This document shows, piece by piece, positions 51,541-64,000 of a stretch of 64,000 nucleotides of DNA. Origin of the DNA: Mobula hypostoma (lineage: Eukaryota); NCBI RefSeq assembly GCF_963921235.1, contig NC_086097.1:45262001-45326000 (forward strand), read 5' to 3'. Numbering within the stretch: position 1 is the first letter of the stretch; each line of letters begins with the position of its first letter. The translations under genes and the position numbers were made by a program. Below the pieces are notes generated by a model. That model was given only the letters and a program-made list of their open reading frames with translations. It made no database searches and was not told the origin of the DNA.

Positions 51541-51789
51541 TGAAGTGTAATGTGTGAGTGGAACTTTGTATTACAATAAAGCATTATGACGAAGATCCAT
51601 AGAGCACCGCAAGTTTTGGGACCTTTGGATTTCTACAGCCAGTGCCATGGAAACCAGACCTATATTTTTGTGAAGAGCAGAATTTTTGGAAAGGGAGAAC
51701 AAGGGAATCTACTTGGGAGCGCACTGAACACACTCAATGGCAACAATGTCTTTTATAAGGTATTCAGCAGCAAGTGAGCCGAGGCCAAG

Positions 51790-54190
51790 CTGAGGAACCA
51801 ACTAGAGAGCAGGCTATTTTAGGCTGGGTATTCAGCAATGAGGAAGGGTTAATTAGTAATCTTGTCGTGAGGGGCCCCTTGGGTAAGAGTGACCATAATA
51901 TGGTGGAATTCTTCATTAAGATGGAGAGTGACATAGTTAATTCAGAAACAAAGGTTCTGAACTTAAAGAAGGGTAACTTTGAAGGTATGAGATGTGAATT
52001 AGCTAAGATAGACTGGCAAATGACACTTAAAGGGTTGACGGTGGATATGCAATGGCAAGCATTTAAAGATCGCATGGATGAACTACAACAATTGTTCATC
52101 CCAGTTTGGCAAAAGAATAAATCAAGGAAGGTAGTGCACCCGTGGCTGACAAGGGAAATTAGGGATAGTATCAATTCCAAAGAAGAAGCATACAAATTAG
52201 CCAGAAAAAATGGCTCACCTTTGGACTGGGAGAAATTCAGAGTCCAGCAGTGGAGGACAAAGGGCTTAATTAGGAAGGGGGAAAAAGATTATGAGAGAAA
52301 CCTGGCAGGGAACATAAAAACTGACTGTAAAAGCTTTTATAGATATGTGAAAAGAAAAAGATTGGTTAAGACAAATGTACGTCCCCTACAGACAGAAACA
52401 GGTGAATTGATTATGGGGAGCAAAGACATGGCTGACCAATTGAATAACTACTTTGGTTCTGTCTTCACAAAGGAGGACATAAATAATCTTCTGGAAATAG
52501 TAGGGGACAGAGGGTTCAGTGAGTTGGAGGAACTGAGGGAAATACATGTCAGTAGGGAAGTGGTGTTAGGTAAATTGAAGGGATTAAAGGCAGATAAATC
52601 CCCAGGGCCAGATGGTCTGCATCCCAGAGTGCTTAAGGAAGTAGCCCAAGAAATAGTGGATGCATTAATGATAATTTTTCAAAGCTCTTTAGATTCTGGA
52701 CTAGTTCCTGAGGATTGGAGGGTGGGTAATGTAACCCCACTTTTTAAAAAAAGGAGGGAGAGAGAAACTGGGAAATTGTAGACCGGTTAGCCTGACATCG
52801 GTGGTGGGGAAAATGCTAGAGTCAGTTATCAAAGATGTGATAACAGCACATTTGGAAAGCGGTGAAATGATCGGACAAAGTCTGCATGGATTTGTGAAAG
52901 GAAAATCATGTCTGACGAATCTCATAGAATTTTTTGAGGATGTAACTAGTAGAGTGGATAGGGGAGAACCAGTGGATGTGGTATACTTAGATTTTCAAAA
53001 GGCTTTTGACAAGGTCCCACACAGGATATTAATGTGCAAACTTAAAGCACACAGTATTGGGGGTAAGGTATTGATGTGGATAGAGAATTGGTTGGCAGAC
53101 AGGAAGCAAAGAGTGGGAATAAATGGGACCTTTTCAGAATGGCAGGCGGTGACTAGTGGGGTACCGCAAGGCTCAGTGCTGGGACCCCAGTTGTTTACAA
53201 TATATATTAATGACTTGGATGAGGGAATTAAATGCAGCATCTCCAGGTTTGCGGATGACACGAAGCTGGGTGGCAGTGTTAGCTGTGAGGAGGGTGCTAA
53301 GAGGATGCAGGGTGACTTGGATAGGTTGGGTGAGTGGGCAAATTCATGGCAGATGCAATTTAATGTGGATAAATGTGAAGTTATCCACTTTGGTGGCAAA
53401 AATAGGAAAACAGATTATTATCTGAATGGTGGCCGATTAGGAAAAGGGGAGGTGCAACGAGACCTGGGTGTCATTATACACCAGTCATTGAAAGTGGGCA
53501 AGCAGGTACAGCAGGTGGTGAAAAAGGCGAATGGTATGCTGGCATTCATAGCAAGAGGATTCGAGTACAGGAGCAGGGAGGTACTACTGCAGTTGTACAA
53601 GGCCTTGGTGAGATCACACCTGCAGTATTGTGTGCAGTTTTGGTACCCTAATCTGAGGAAAGACATCCTTGCCATAGGGGGAGTACAAAGAAGGTTCACC
53701 AGATTGACTCCTGGGATGGCAGGACTTTCATATGATGAAAGACTGGATCGACTAGGCTTATACTCATTGGAATTTAGAAGATTGAGGGGGAATCTTATTG
53801 AAATATATAAAATCCTAAAGGGATTGGACAGGCTAGATGCAGGAAGATTGTTCCCAATGTTGGGGAAGTCCAGAACAAGGGGTCACAGTTTGAGGATAAA
53901 GGGGAAGCCTTTTAGGACCGAAATTAGGAAAAACTTCTTCACACAGAGAGTGGTGAATCTGTGGAATTCTCTGCCACAGGAAATAGTTGAGGCCAGTTCA
54001 TTGGCTATATTTAAGAGGGAGTTAGATATGGCCCTTGTGGCTAAAGGGATCAGGGGGTATGGAGGGAAGGCAGGTACAGGGTTCTAAGTTGGATGATCAG
54101 CCATGATCATACTGAATGGCGGTGCAGGCTCGAAGGGCCAAATGGCCTACTCCTACACCTATTTTCTATGTTTCTATGTTTCTATGTTTA
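51790..54190 (+). mobile_element. Young CR1 LINE, 5'-truncated in the endonuclease; ORF2 broken by one frameshift
   Basis: ORFs 51774-52781 (LGKSDHN, KSPGPDGLHP) and 52801-54087 (YLDFQKAFDKV, QGSVLGP, FADD) differ by +1 at the A-run near 52746-52752; (TTCTATGT)3 tail. Confidence 0.96.
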
Positions 54191-55269
54191 AGTCAGAAGG
54201 AGGTGCAGAGGTGGAAGTAGTTGGTGCTAACCATGGCAGGGTTATGTGGTTGGAATTTACAGTGATGCTCATCCTTGGTGCTCATTTCAAGTCTCTGGTA
54301 TGGAATTTGAATCCAAGAGGCAAGTGAGTCAGCAGAAGATGAGAAAAGTCATGTAAGCTACAGATCAAGAACCAAACTAGAGGATTCCCATCCTTCTCCA
54401 CACAAGATGACAGCTCAAACAATTAATCTTATTTAAGTCATATTCTCCTTTTACTAAAACCAAATACTATTGCAAGCAATGGCACTGCACAATGAAAATA
54501 AAGGCAATTTATAGAACTTCTTTCAGGAATCCCTTTCTGATGTGCTGAATACCTGCTGTGCACGATTTGACACACCTCTTCTCCCCATGAGGAACAGGTG
54601 CCAAGCTGAATGGGATCCTAGCCAGGGTAAACTCACACAAAGCTGTGAGGTTGGACAACATAGCTGGTCTGGTACAAAGGGATTGTGCTGCCCAGCTAAC
54701 AGGGGTCTTAATGGACATCTTTAACATCTCTTTGCAAGAGTCCGCTGTCCCTACAAACTCAAGGCAGCTGCCATCATTCTGGTGCCCAAGAGAGCAATGG
54801 TATCTGGTCTAAACAATGACCGCCCAGTGGCACTGACCTCAACAATCCTGAATTGCTTTGAGAGGCTGCTAATGGTTCGGATAGAATCTCATCTACCAGC
54901 TAAATTGGAGCCTTTCCAGTTTGCCTACCACTCAAACCAGTCCACTAATGATGCCAGAGCCTCAGTCCTCCACTCTGCCCTGTCTCATCAAGAAAATGGT
55001 GCCTCATAAGCTGGGGTGTTGTTCCTCAATTTTGTCCTGGCATTTAACACAATCATCCCTCAGAGGCTGGTGGGTAAGCTGTCCTCATTGGGACTCAACA
55101 CTCCTCTGCCCAGCACTTATACTGTAACCTATTAGATTAGATTATGAGGACACACAGTCCTCGTTTATTGTCATTTAGAAATGCATGTATTAAAAAATGA
55201 TACAATGTTCCTCCAGAAAGATATCACAGAAACACAGGACAAACCAAGACTAAAACTGACAAAACCACA

Positions 55270-57192
55270 TACACCTCTATCAGGTCACCTCTCATCCTTT
55301 GTCGCTCCAAGGAGAAAAGGCCGAGTTCACTCAACCTGTTCTCATAAGGCATGCTCCCCAATCCAGGCAACATCCTTGTAAATCTCCTTTGCACCCTTTC
55401 TGTGGTTTCCTGTAGTGAGGTGACCAGAAGTGAGCACAGTACTCCAAGTGGGGTCTAACCGGAGTTCTGTATAGCTGCAACATTACCTCTCAGCTCTTAA
55501 ACTCAATCTCACGACTGATGAAGGCCAATGCACTGTATGCCTTCTTAACCACAGAGTCGACCTGCGCAGCTGCTTTGAGTGTCCTGTGGGCTCAGACCCC
55601 AAGATCCCTCTGATCCTCCACACTGCCAAGAGTCTTGCCATTAATGCTATATTCTGCCATCATATTTGACCTACCAAAATGAACCACCTCACACTTATCT
55701 GGGTTGAACTCCATCTTCCACTTCTCAGCCCAGTTTTGCATCCTATCAATGCCCTGCTGTAACCTCTGATAGCCCTTCACACTATCCACAACACCCCCAC
55801 CCTTTGTGTCATCAGCAAATTTACTAACCATCCCTTCACTTCCTCATCCAGGTCATTTATAAAAATCACAAAGAGGAGGGGGTCCCAGAACAGATCCCTG
55901 AGGCAACACCACTGGTCACTGGCCTCCATGCAGAATATGACCCGTCTATAACCACTCTTTGCCTTCTGTGGGCAAGCCAGTTCTGGATCCACAAAGCAAT
56001 GTCCCCTTGAATCCCATGCCTCCTTACTTTCTCAATAAGCCTTGCATGGGGTACCTTATCAAATGTCTTGCTAAAATCCATATACACTACATCTACGGCT
56101 CTACCTTCATCAATGTGTTTAGTCACATCCTCAAAAAATTCAATCAGGCTCGTAAGGCATGACCTGTCTTTGACAACGCCATGCAGACTATTCCTAATCA
56201 TATTATGCCTCTCCAAATGTTCATAAGTCCTGCTTCTCAGGATCTTCTCCATCAACTTACCAACCACTGAAGGAAGACTCACTGGTCTATAATTTCCTGG
56301 GCTATCCCTACTCCCTTCCTTGAATAAGGGAACAACATCCGCAACCCTCCAATCCTCTGGAACCTCTCCCATCCTCATTGATGATGCAAACATCATTGCC
56401 AGAGGCTCAGCAATCTCCTCTCTCGCTTCCCACAGTAGCCTGGGGTACATCTCGTCTGGTCCCGGTGACTTATTCAACTTCATGCTTTCCAGAAGCTCCA
56501 GCACATCCACTTCCTTAATATCTACATACTCAAGCTTTTCAGTCCACTGCAGGTCATCGCTACAATCACCAAGATCCATTTCCACAGTGAATACTGAAGC
56601 AAAACATTTATTAAGTACCTCTGCCATCTCCTCCGGTTCCATACACAATTTTCCACTGTCACACTTGATTGGTCTTATTCTCTCATGTCTTATCCTCTTG
56701 CTCTTCACATACTTGTAGAATGCCTTGGGGTGTTCCTTAATCTTGTACGCCAATGCCTTCTCATGGCCCCTTCTGGCTCTTCTAATTTCTTTCTTAAGCT
56801 CCTTCCTGCTAGCCTTATAATCTCCTAGATCTCTATCATTATCTAGTTTTTTGAATCTTTCATAAGCTTTTCTTTTCTTCTTGACTAGATTTACAACAGC
56901 CTTTGTACACCACGGTTCCTGTATCCTACCATCCTTTCCCTGTCTCATTGGAACATATCTACAGAGAACCCCACGCAAATGTCCCCTGAACATTTGCCAC
57001 ATTTCTTCCATACGTTTCTCTGAGAACATCTGTTTCCAATTTATGCTTCCAAGTTCCTGCCTGATAGCCTCATATTTCCCCTTACTCCAATTAAACGTTT
57101 CCCTAACTTGTCTGTTCCCTATCCCTTTCCAATGCTATGGTAAAGGAGATAGAATTGTGATCACTATTTCCAAAATGCTCTCCCACTGAGAG
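55270..57192 (-). mobile_element. CR1 LINE internal fragment (RT), second subfamily
   Basis: ORF 55866-57029 (KSPGPDEMYPRLL, PGNYRPVSL, YMDFSKTFDKV) and 55592-55831 (SKFADDTK); both ends truncated. Confidence 0.93.
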
Positions 57193-57194
57193 AC

Positions 57195-57655
57195 ATTATA
57201 TAGAAGAAAAATAAATAAATATATTGCAATATATGTGTATTGAATAGATTAAAAATTGTGCAAAAACAGAAATAATATATACAGTATTAAAAAGGTGAGG
57301 TAGTGTTCAAGGGGTCAATGTCCATTTAGGAATCGGGTGGCAGAGGGGAAGAAGCTGTTCCTGATTCGCTGAGTGTGTGCCTTCAGGCTTTTGTATCTCC
57401 TACCTGATGGTAACAGTGAGAAAAGGACATGCCCTGGGTGCTGGAGGTCCTGAATAACGGACGCTGCCTTTCTGAGACACCGCTCCCTGAAGATGTTCTG
57501 CTTACTTTGTAGGCTAGTACCGAAAATGGAGCTGACTAGATTTACAACCCTCTGCAGCTTTGTTCAGTCCTGTGCAGTAGCTCCCACGCCCCCCCCCCCA
57601 CCATGCAGCCTGTCAGAATGCTCTCCATGGTACAACTATAGAAGTTTTTGAGTGT
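57195..57655 (-). mobile_element. Rex1/Babar LINE 3' part
   Basis: Reverse complement similar to 40620-40990. A separate minus-strand retroposon tail lies at ~55130-55270. Confidence 0.78.
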
Positions 57656-58136
57656 TGAGAGGATCCCTACCACCCATCCCACCATCTCTTTAACCTTCTA
57701 CTGTCAGGAAGGCAATACAGGAATATCAGGACTAGGACCGGGTAACAGCTTCTTACCCAGGCTGTAAGACAAATGAACACCCTGCCACCACTGAGATCTC
57801 GCCAGCAGGACAAAGAGCTGTTTACTGTTTATCTGTGCTGTGCGCTTCACATGCATTTTGAATTATATTTATTTTGATTTGTGGTGATATTTTCTTTTAT
57901 GCGCTCTCTGTGATATATTTATTATGGATAAACTGTAGTTTGGAGGGATGTTGTTTTGCTTGGCTGTATACCTCTACAGTCAGATGACAACAAACTTGAG
58001 CATGAGCTTAAGAAATTCATTCAGAAGTACTTCACACAGACCAGGAACTTTCCCAGAGTGTTGAAGAGAAGGGAAACACATCTCCCCATTTAAACACTAC
58101 CACATTGCACTTTCTCCAAGCAGTAATAAGATCATT

Positions 58137-60327
58137 ATGTTCAAAGTTCAGGTAAATTTGTTATCAACGTACATATATGTCACCATATACAACACTGAGA
58201 TATGTTTTCTTACAGGCATGCTCAATAAATCCATATTGGAATAATAACCATAACAGAATCAATGAAAGACCACACCAAGTGGGGCACTCAATCAATGTGC
58301 AAAAGACAATGAACAGTGCAAATACAAAAAAGAAAGAAATAATAATAATAAATAACATAAGCAATAAATATCAAGAACGTGAGATGAAGGCCTTGGAACT
58401 TATTGATTTGTTTTGAGGGATGAATGGTATTGAATGCTGAGCTGTATTTGATAAAGACCATCCTGATGCATGATTCTTTGCTGTCCCAAAGTTCCAGGGT
58501 TGAGTAAAGAGTCAGTAAGATGGCATCCACTGTGGACCTGTTGCTCTGGTAGGCAAATTGAGTGGATCCAAGTTGCTTTACAGGCAGGAGTTGATATGTT
58601 TCATCATCAATCTCTCAAAACACTTCATCACAGTGGATGTAAGTGCAACTGGGTGATAGTCATTGAGGGAAGTTACCACACTCCTCTTGGGCACTGGTTT
58701 CATTCAAGCCTGCTTGAAGCGCGTGAGCATCTCAGACTGCCAAAGCAAGAGGTTAAAGATCTCAGCCAGCTGATCAGCACAGGTGTTTAGTACTTAGCCA
58801 GGTAAACTGTCTGGGCCAGATGCTTTTCATGGGATCACCCTGCTGAAGGCTGCTCACACATCGTGACTGAAATCAAAGGATGATTGTGGGCTGTGGGAGT
58901 TTGTGATGGCTCCTCCACGTTTTGACAGTTAAAGTGAGCACAGAGGGCATTGAGATCACCTGGAAGTGAATCCCTGATGTCGTCTATGTCATTTGATTTA
59001 ACTTTATAAGAGTTGACAGTATTCAAGCCCTGTCACAACTGTCGAGTATCCTCCATTGATTCATTTTTAGTCTTGAATTACCTCTTCAACAGTGAGATGG
59101 CTTTCTGAAGGTTGTATCTGGATTTTTTATAACTTTCTTGGACACCAGACTTGAATGCCTCTGATCTGGCCCTCAGCAGATTGTAGACCTTATGGTTCGT
59201 CCAGGGTTTCTGTAGACGCTCACCTACAACTGTTTTAATAAAGTCGATAACATCCGTGGTGTATTCACTCAGGTCCACAGATGAGACCTTGAACACAGCC
59301 CAGTCCGCTGACTCAAAGCAATCCCATAGCCACTCCTCTGCCTCCTGCAACCACTTCTTTGTTGCCCTAATCTCTGGAGCCTGGCTCTTTAGCCTCTGCC
59401 TGTATGCAGGTAGGAGAAGGCCAACGAAGTGACCTGATTTACCGAAATGCGGTCCACGCATGGAACAGTAGACATTCCTTATCTTAGTATAATAATGGTC
59501 TAGTGTGTTGAAACCTCTGGTGCTTCTGGTATGGGCGGGGTTTTCTTCAGACAAGCCTGTTTGAAGTCCCCGACTATGACTTGAGATGTGTTGGGACAGA
59601 CCGTTCCTTGTTTGGAGATGGCATCATGCAGTATCTCAAACGCTTGATTATAGTTGGCCGCTGGCAGTATGTAAACTGTGGTCAGGGATATGGAGAAGAT
59701 CTCCCTCGGTAAATAGAACAGGCAGCATTTGATCGTTAGGTGTTCAAGGTCGGGGGAACACAAGTTCGAGAAAACTGCCACTTCAGACACCACCGAGAGT
59801 TTATCATGAAGCACACACCTCCGCCTTTTACCTTTTCTGGATCAGCAGTTTGATCCATACGCTAAATCAAGAAGCCTTTCAGTTTGATCACTGGTATCTG
59901 GCATGCCTGGAGAGAGACACGTCTCACTCAGACATAGGACACAACAATCTTTCATTTCCCTCTAATACAGCAATATTGCCCTCAAGTCCTCAGTTTTATT
60001 CTGCAGCAACTGCTAACAAGATTCTGAGTGGAGGGGGTCTCATCCCTCTCTGTTTCAAGCTGGCTTGGAGTCGCCACCCTTCCTGTCTCGTTTCTACCCA
60101 TGGTGATGAACCTTCGTCCACTTAAAGGTGCCATGCCTGCTTGGTCTGCTGAGTCCTTCAGACAATCATGAAACCAGGAGATAATTAAGTTGATTTAAAG
60201 GTACCTACATTGCTTAGAAGGAAATTACATACTACAGATTGCAGCGAGAGTAATTGGAAAAAAGTATATTTAGAAGTAATGTCTGTAGCCCACAGAACAT
60301 TGCTGTGGTTCAGCAGTGCTATCTTGC
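58137..60327 (-). mobile_element. Rex1/Babar LINE with 5' region and endonuclease, and a large internal RT deletion
   Basis: SPDLEHLTIKCCLFYLPRE, IVGDFKQ, TLDHYY, HFGKSGH, KYSSAFNTI; the RT then joins directly to the 3' tail near 58390. Confidence 0.85.
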
Positions 60328-62182
60328 AGTTATGTGCAAGATAATTAAAAATACCAGTTGCTTTGTTTATATTGGTTATGGTGTAAATGCTGGATGCAGC
60401 AATAAATGAGCTTTATACTCTATATATATCTAGAGGAACAGAAAGATCATGCATCAGCTCTGAAGGAACATGCTTGCTCATCTTGGAAATGGGGCTTCAA
60501 ACTGCACTTTAACAGTTTTGCAGTACAATATAAACATCTCCATTGAGCAAGACTGACAAAATTAGACAGTTTTCTAAAGGAATAAATGGACCAGTTGTGG
60601 ATTGTATGTTCAATTTCATTCAGTACTTCTGTTTTATAAAGTAGTTGCATATTCATCCACCTGTCCACATGAACACAAAGAGGATTAACCACATTACTTT
60701 CCAGACACGCCACACAATATTGGAGATTACATTGCAGGAAATTGTATTGAAGAATAGAACATTTATATCAGATTTTTAAAAACTGGGATAATTAATTAGG
60801 TTTAAGACATAGGCATCAAAAACTCAATTTGCACATTTTCTACTTGGCAAGTTTCATTTTCCTTCATCAACCACAAAGAGTGTAATTAGTTTCATTCTGC
60901 ACTCTACAAATATACCCTTCTTGTGTGAAGATTCAAACTGATAACAATTGGCACCTAGGCAGCTGAGTCCTTGCACAAGTGAAATCCACTGATGAATTAG
61001 CTTTCAACAACAATCAGCAGTAGCCTGCACCACTGCCCGGATCCACAATCACTTCGGCAGATGATTTCATGAATACACAATATGCAATTTATGTGATTTG
61101 ATAAGTGATTTAATACAAAAATCAAATAATTTCTATAGTTTATTAACAAATTCAGTTGAAGATGTATGAGAGTTCTAATCCTAATAAATTACTTACATTT
61201 CAATCATGCAAACACCAATAAGAAAACTTTTTAAGTAACTCAACAATTACTAACCAACGTAAGAAATTGGGTTAAGTAAATAATAACCTGGAGTTGGTTC
61301 CAGAGCTGTATGGTAATCCAATTGAATCGGTTCCTCTGGTATTGGCTTTATATTCATTGCGCCTGAATCAGGTTCTGGAGAAGCCAAATTCGGGGCAGTT
61401 CATAGGACTCTGCATGTGATCTTTTCTTCACAATTTGCTTAAATAAGTAGTGAGATGCAGATAGCAGAGGGAGGGATAATGAAGGCATGTTCTCAACATA
61501 ATCTCCTTTTAAGCGACAGTAATAACATCATGATGAAGTCATTAAGACCTAGTTTAAGATGACAGTTTGAAATGAAAACTACACTGAAGTGCTGTTTTTA
61601 AATCAATTGCACAACTTATTTGGTAATGCAAATTTGCAAGCTACCAACTGCTTCCTGATCTTTCAAGCTTACACCTTTATTTGTGGAATTATTTTGTTAT
61701 AGAATTAGCTCATCTGAGGAGTGTGTAGAGGGACTAGACAGAAAAGTCACAGCTAACCATGCAAGCCGGTTTCTTGTCACAGTCACTGTTTTATTCCCAA
61801 CACAACATCTTTCTGCAATCAGCAAGGTCAAGGCTTTTTCATCAGAAAGGGATCAGGCAAACAGCACAATGTGACAAAGCTTTGAAAATTACTTTGAAAA
61901 AGACTGAATTGTATCATTCCAAGAGCAACTACCTTATCAGCTGTTGCAGTGCATCCAGATATGCGTCTGTCACACCAAAATAATGTGTTAATTTTACAGT
62001 CTGTAAATACTAGTAGGTTTTCAGTCCAATAGGGTCTCATTGGTGTTGTTTGTACAGGTACAAACAGTGTGATAAATTTTCTTCTAATTTCTTTCCTTTC
62101 TCTGTTTTGTAGGAACAGAAGTCCTTTCAGCTACTGAACATGTTCCACCATTTAACTAATAATGGCAGCTGTGTACCCTGGA

Positions 62183-63335
62183 AACGTAGAAATCTACAGC
62201 ACATCACAGGCTCTTCGGCCCACAATGTTGTGCCAAGCATATAAGCTGCTCTAGAAACTGCCTAGAATTTCCCTACTGCATGGCCCTCTACTTCTCTAAG
62301 CTCCATGTACCTATCTAAGAGTCCCTTAAAACACCCTATTGTATCCGCCTCTACCGTTGTCACTGGCAGCACATTCCACGCACCCACCACTCTCTGTGTG
62401 AAAAACTTACCTCTGACATCCTCCTTGTACCTACTTCCAAGCACCTTAAAACTAAGCCCCACGTGTAAGCCACTTCAGCACTGGGAAAAATCCTCTGGCT
62501 ATCCACATGATCAATGCTTCTCATCATCTTATACATCTCTCTCAGGTCACCTCTCATCCTGTGTCACTCCAAGGAGAAAAGGCCAAGTACACTCAACCTA
62601 TTCCCATAAGGCATGCTCTCCAATCCAGGCAACATCCTTGTAAATCTCCTCTGCACTCTCTCTATAATATCCACATCCTTCCTGTAATGTGGTGACCAGA
62701 ACTGAACACAGTACTCCAAGTGGGGTCCAACTAAGGTGCCATATAGCTGTAACATTACCTTGAACTCAATCCCATGGTTGACACATCATACGCCTTCTTA
62801 ACAACACTGTCAACCTGCGCAGCATCTTTGAGTGTCCTATGGACATGGACCCCAAGATCTCGTTGATCTTCCACACTGCCAAGGGTCTTACCATTAATAT
62901 TCTGTCTTCAAATTTGACCTACCAAAATGAACCACTTCACACTTATCTGGGTTGAACTCCATCTGCCACTTCTCAACCCAGTTCTGCATCATATTGATGT
63001 CTCGCTGTGACCTTTGCCAACTCTCCAGACTATTCACAACACCTCCAACTTTTGTGTCATCAGCAAACTTACTAACCCACTCTTCTACTGCCTCATCCAG
63101 GTCATTTATAAAAATCACAAAGAGGAGGGGTCGCAGGACAGATCCCTGCGGACCACCGCTGGTCACCGACCTCCATGCAGCATATGAACCATCTACAACC
63201 ATCCTTTGCCTTCTGTGGGCAAGGCAACTCTGGATTCACAAAGCAAGATCTCGTTGGATCCCATGTCACATTACTTCTGTATGAGCCTCACATGGGTAAC
63301 CTTATCAAATGCCTTACTGAAATCCATATACACTA
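62183..63335 (-). mobile_element. CR1 LINE 3' part
   Basis: [60 protein letters not shown]; same subfamily as 316-810 and 55270-57192. Confidence 0.93.
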
Positions 63336-63399
63336 CCTTAACTCTGGATTGCAATGGTTTCATGACCCTTAAAATCTTTGCTTGATAAAACTGCACTGA

Positions 63400-63960
63400 T
63401 GCAAATACACCAGAGTATAGAGGTGGACGCAGGGCTCCTTTTTTGAGGAACAAACCAAGCAGCTAAGTAATAGAGGATTCCCTGATGTAAGAGGGAATGT
63501 TCCCAGTAAATCAAATGTCAAGTGCTGCTGGAAGATCATCCTGGTGAAAGATACACTCTGGTCTGCCCAAAACCTGTGACCTTCTAGTCCAAGATGTCTG
63601 TAAGCAAATGCAGCCGCCTGCACACTTCAGGCTATTAGCCAAAGAGCACACTAAAGCCTGGTGCAGCCAACACAAGGGCTCTGTGAAGAAGGACTGCAGT
63701 CTAAAGTCCTGCTACCACTGGACAGTAAGGGCCTCAATCCCCTAAAACACTTGAAGTTTGCATCGTCCAAAATGGCTACATGTGGCAGTGGTCCCTTGTA
63801 CATCGGATGTGCTAACACTACAAGTTCATCAACCTCATAACACCACAAAGGTATAGAACAACGCTATGAATGTAAAGAAAACCAGCTATTTCTTTTGTAT
63901 GTCTTTTTTGGGGGGAAAGGATGTGGGTTCTTATTTCTAACGACACGTGGTGCCAAGAAT
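63400..63960 (+). mobile_element. Tx1/L1-clade LINE 3' relic
   Basis: SNVKCCWKII-LVKDTLWSAQNL ... C.RL ... LKPGAANTRAL*RRTAV* resembles the C-terminus of fish/elasmobranch Tx1-type ORF2 (recalled, not searched). Confidence 0.55.
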
Positions 63961-64000
63961 ATGATGAATTACTAAAAAACAATGAGAATTGCTAAAACAC

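Larger units (their letters stand above)
54610..58005 (+). mobile_element. Rex1/Babar LINE split into 54610-55108 and ~57658-58005 by nested minus-strand elements
   Basis: LNNDRPVALTSTILNCFERL..LEPFQFAY in the left part; DPYHPSHHLFNLLLSGRQYRNIRTRT and a gatgacaacaaacttga tail in the right part. That both are one element is inferred. Confidence 0.65.

Noticed and set aside
1..64000. Prokaryotic-type systems (CRISPR arrays, operons, retrons, defence islands) suggested by RT and nuclease ORFs
   Set aside because: The DNA is vertebrate; all RT, APE and GIY-YIG ORFs belong to CR1, Rex1/Babar or Penelope retroelements, and no regularly spaced repeat array was seen.

Overview
Eukaryotic, repeat-dense vertebrate DNA. 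The repeat families present (CR1, Rex1/Babar, Penelope-like, V-SINE, Tc1, Tx1) suggest a cartilaginous fish, probably a ray (inference). The only host gene I can support is missed by the ORF track: a 67-nt first coding exon on the minus strand at 14659-14725. It translates as MEDGFSGYNSLYDTSSLLQFCT plus a phase-1 donor, matching the N-terminus of vertebrate EML1. It sits in a CpG-rich, transposon-free island with an RFX X-box 103 bp upstream of the ATG. Bases 1-14658 are therefore EML1 intron 1, and the ~49 kb above is upstream/intergenic sequence. Nearly all long ORFs are retrotransposon remnants or their antisense shadows. The most interesting non-coding signal is a set of minimal hammerhead ribozyme motifs carried by Penelope-like elements: four with complete cores and one truncated. 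Two lie inside EML1 intron 1 as a ~275-bp inverted pair, one of them in the pre-mRNA sense. I found no evidence of a wholly new multi-gene system. Element boundaries were read by eye and are approximate unless a TSD is given; family names come from recalled motifs, not database searches.
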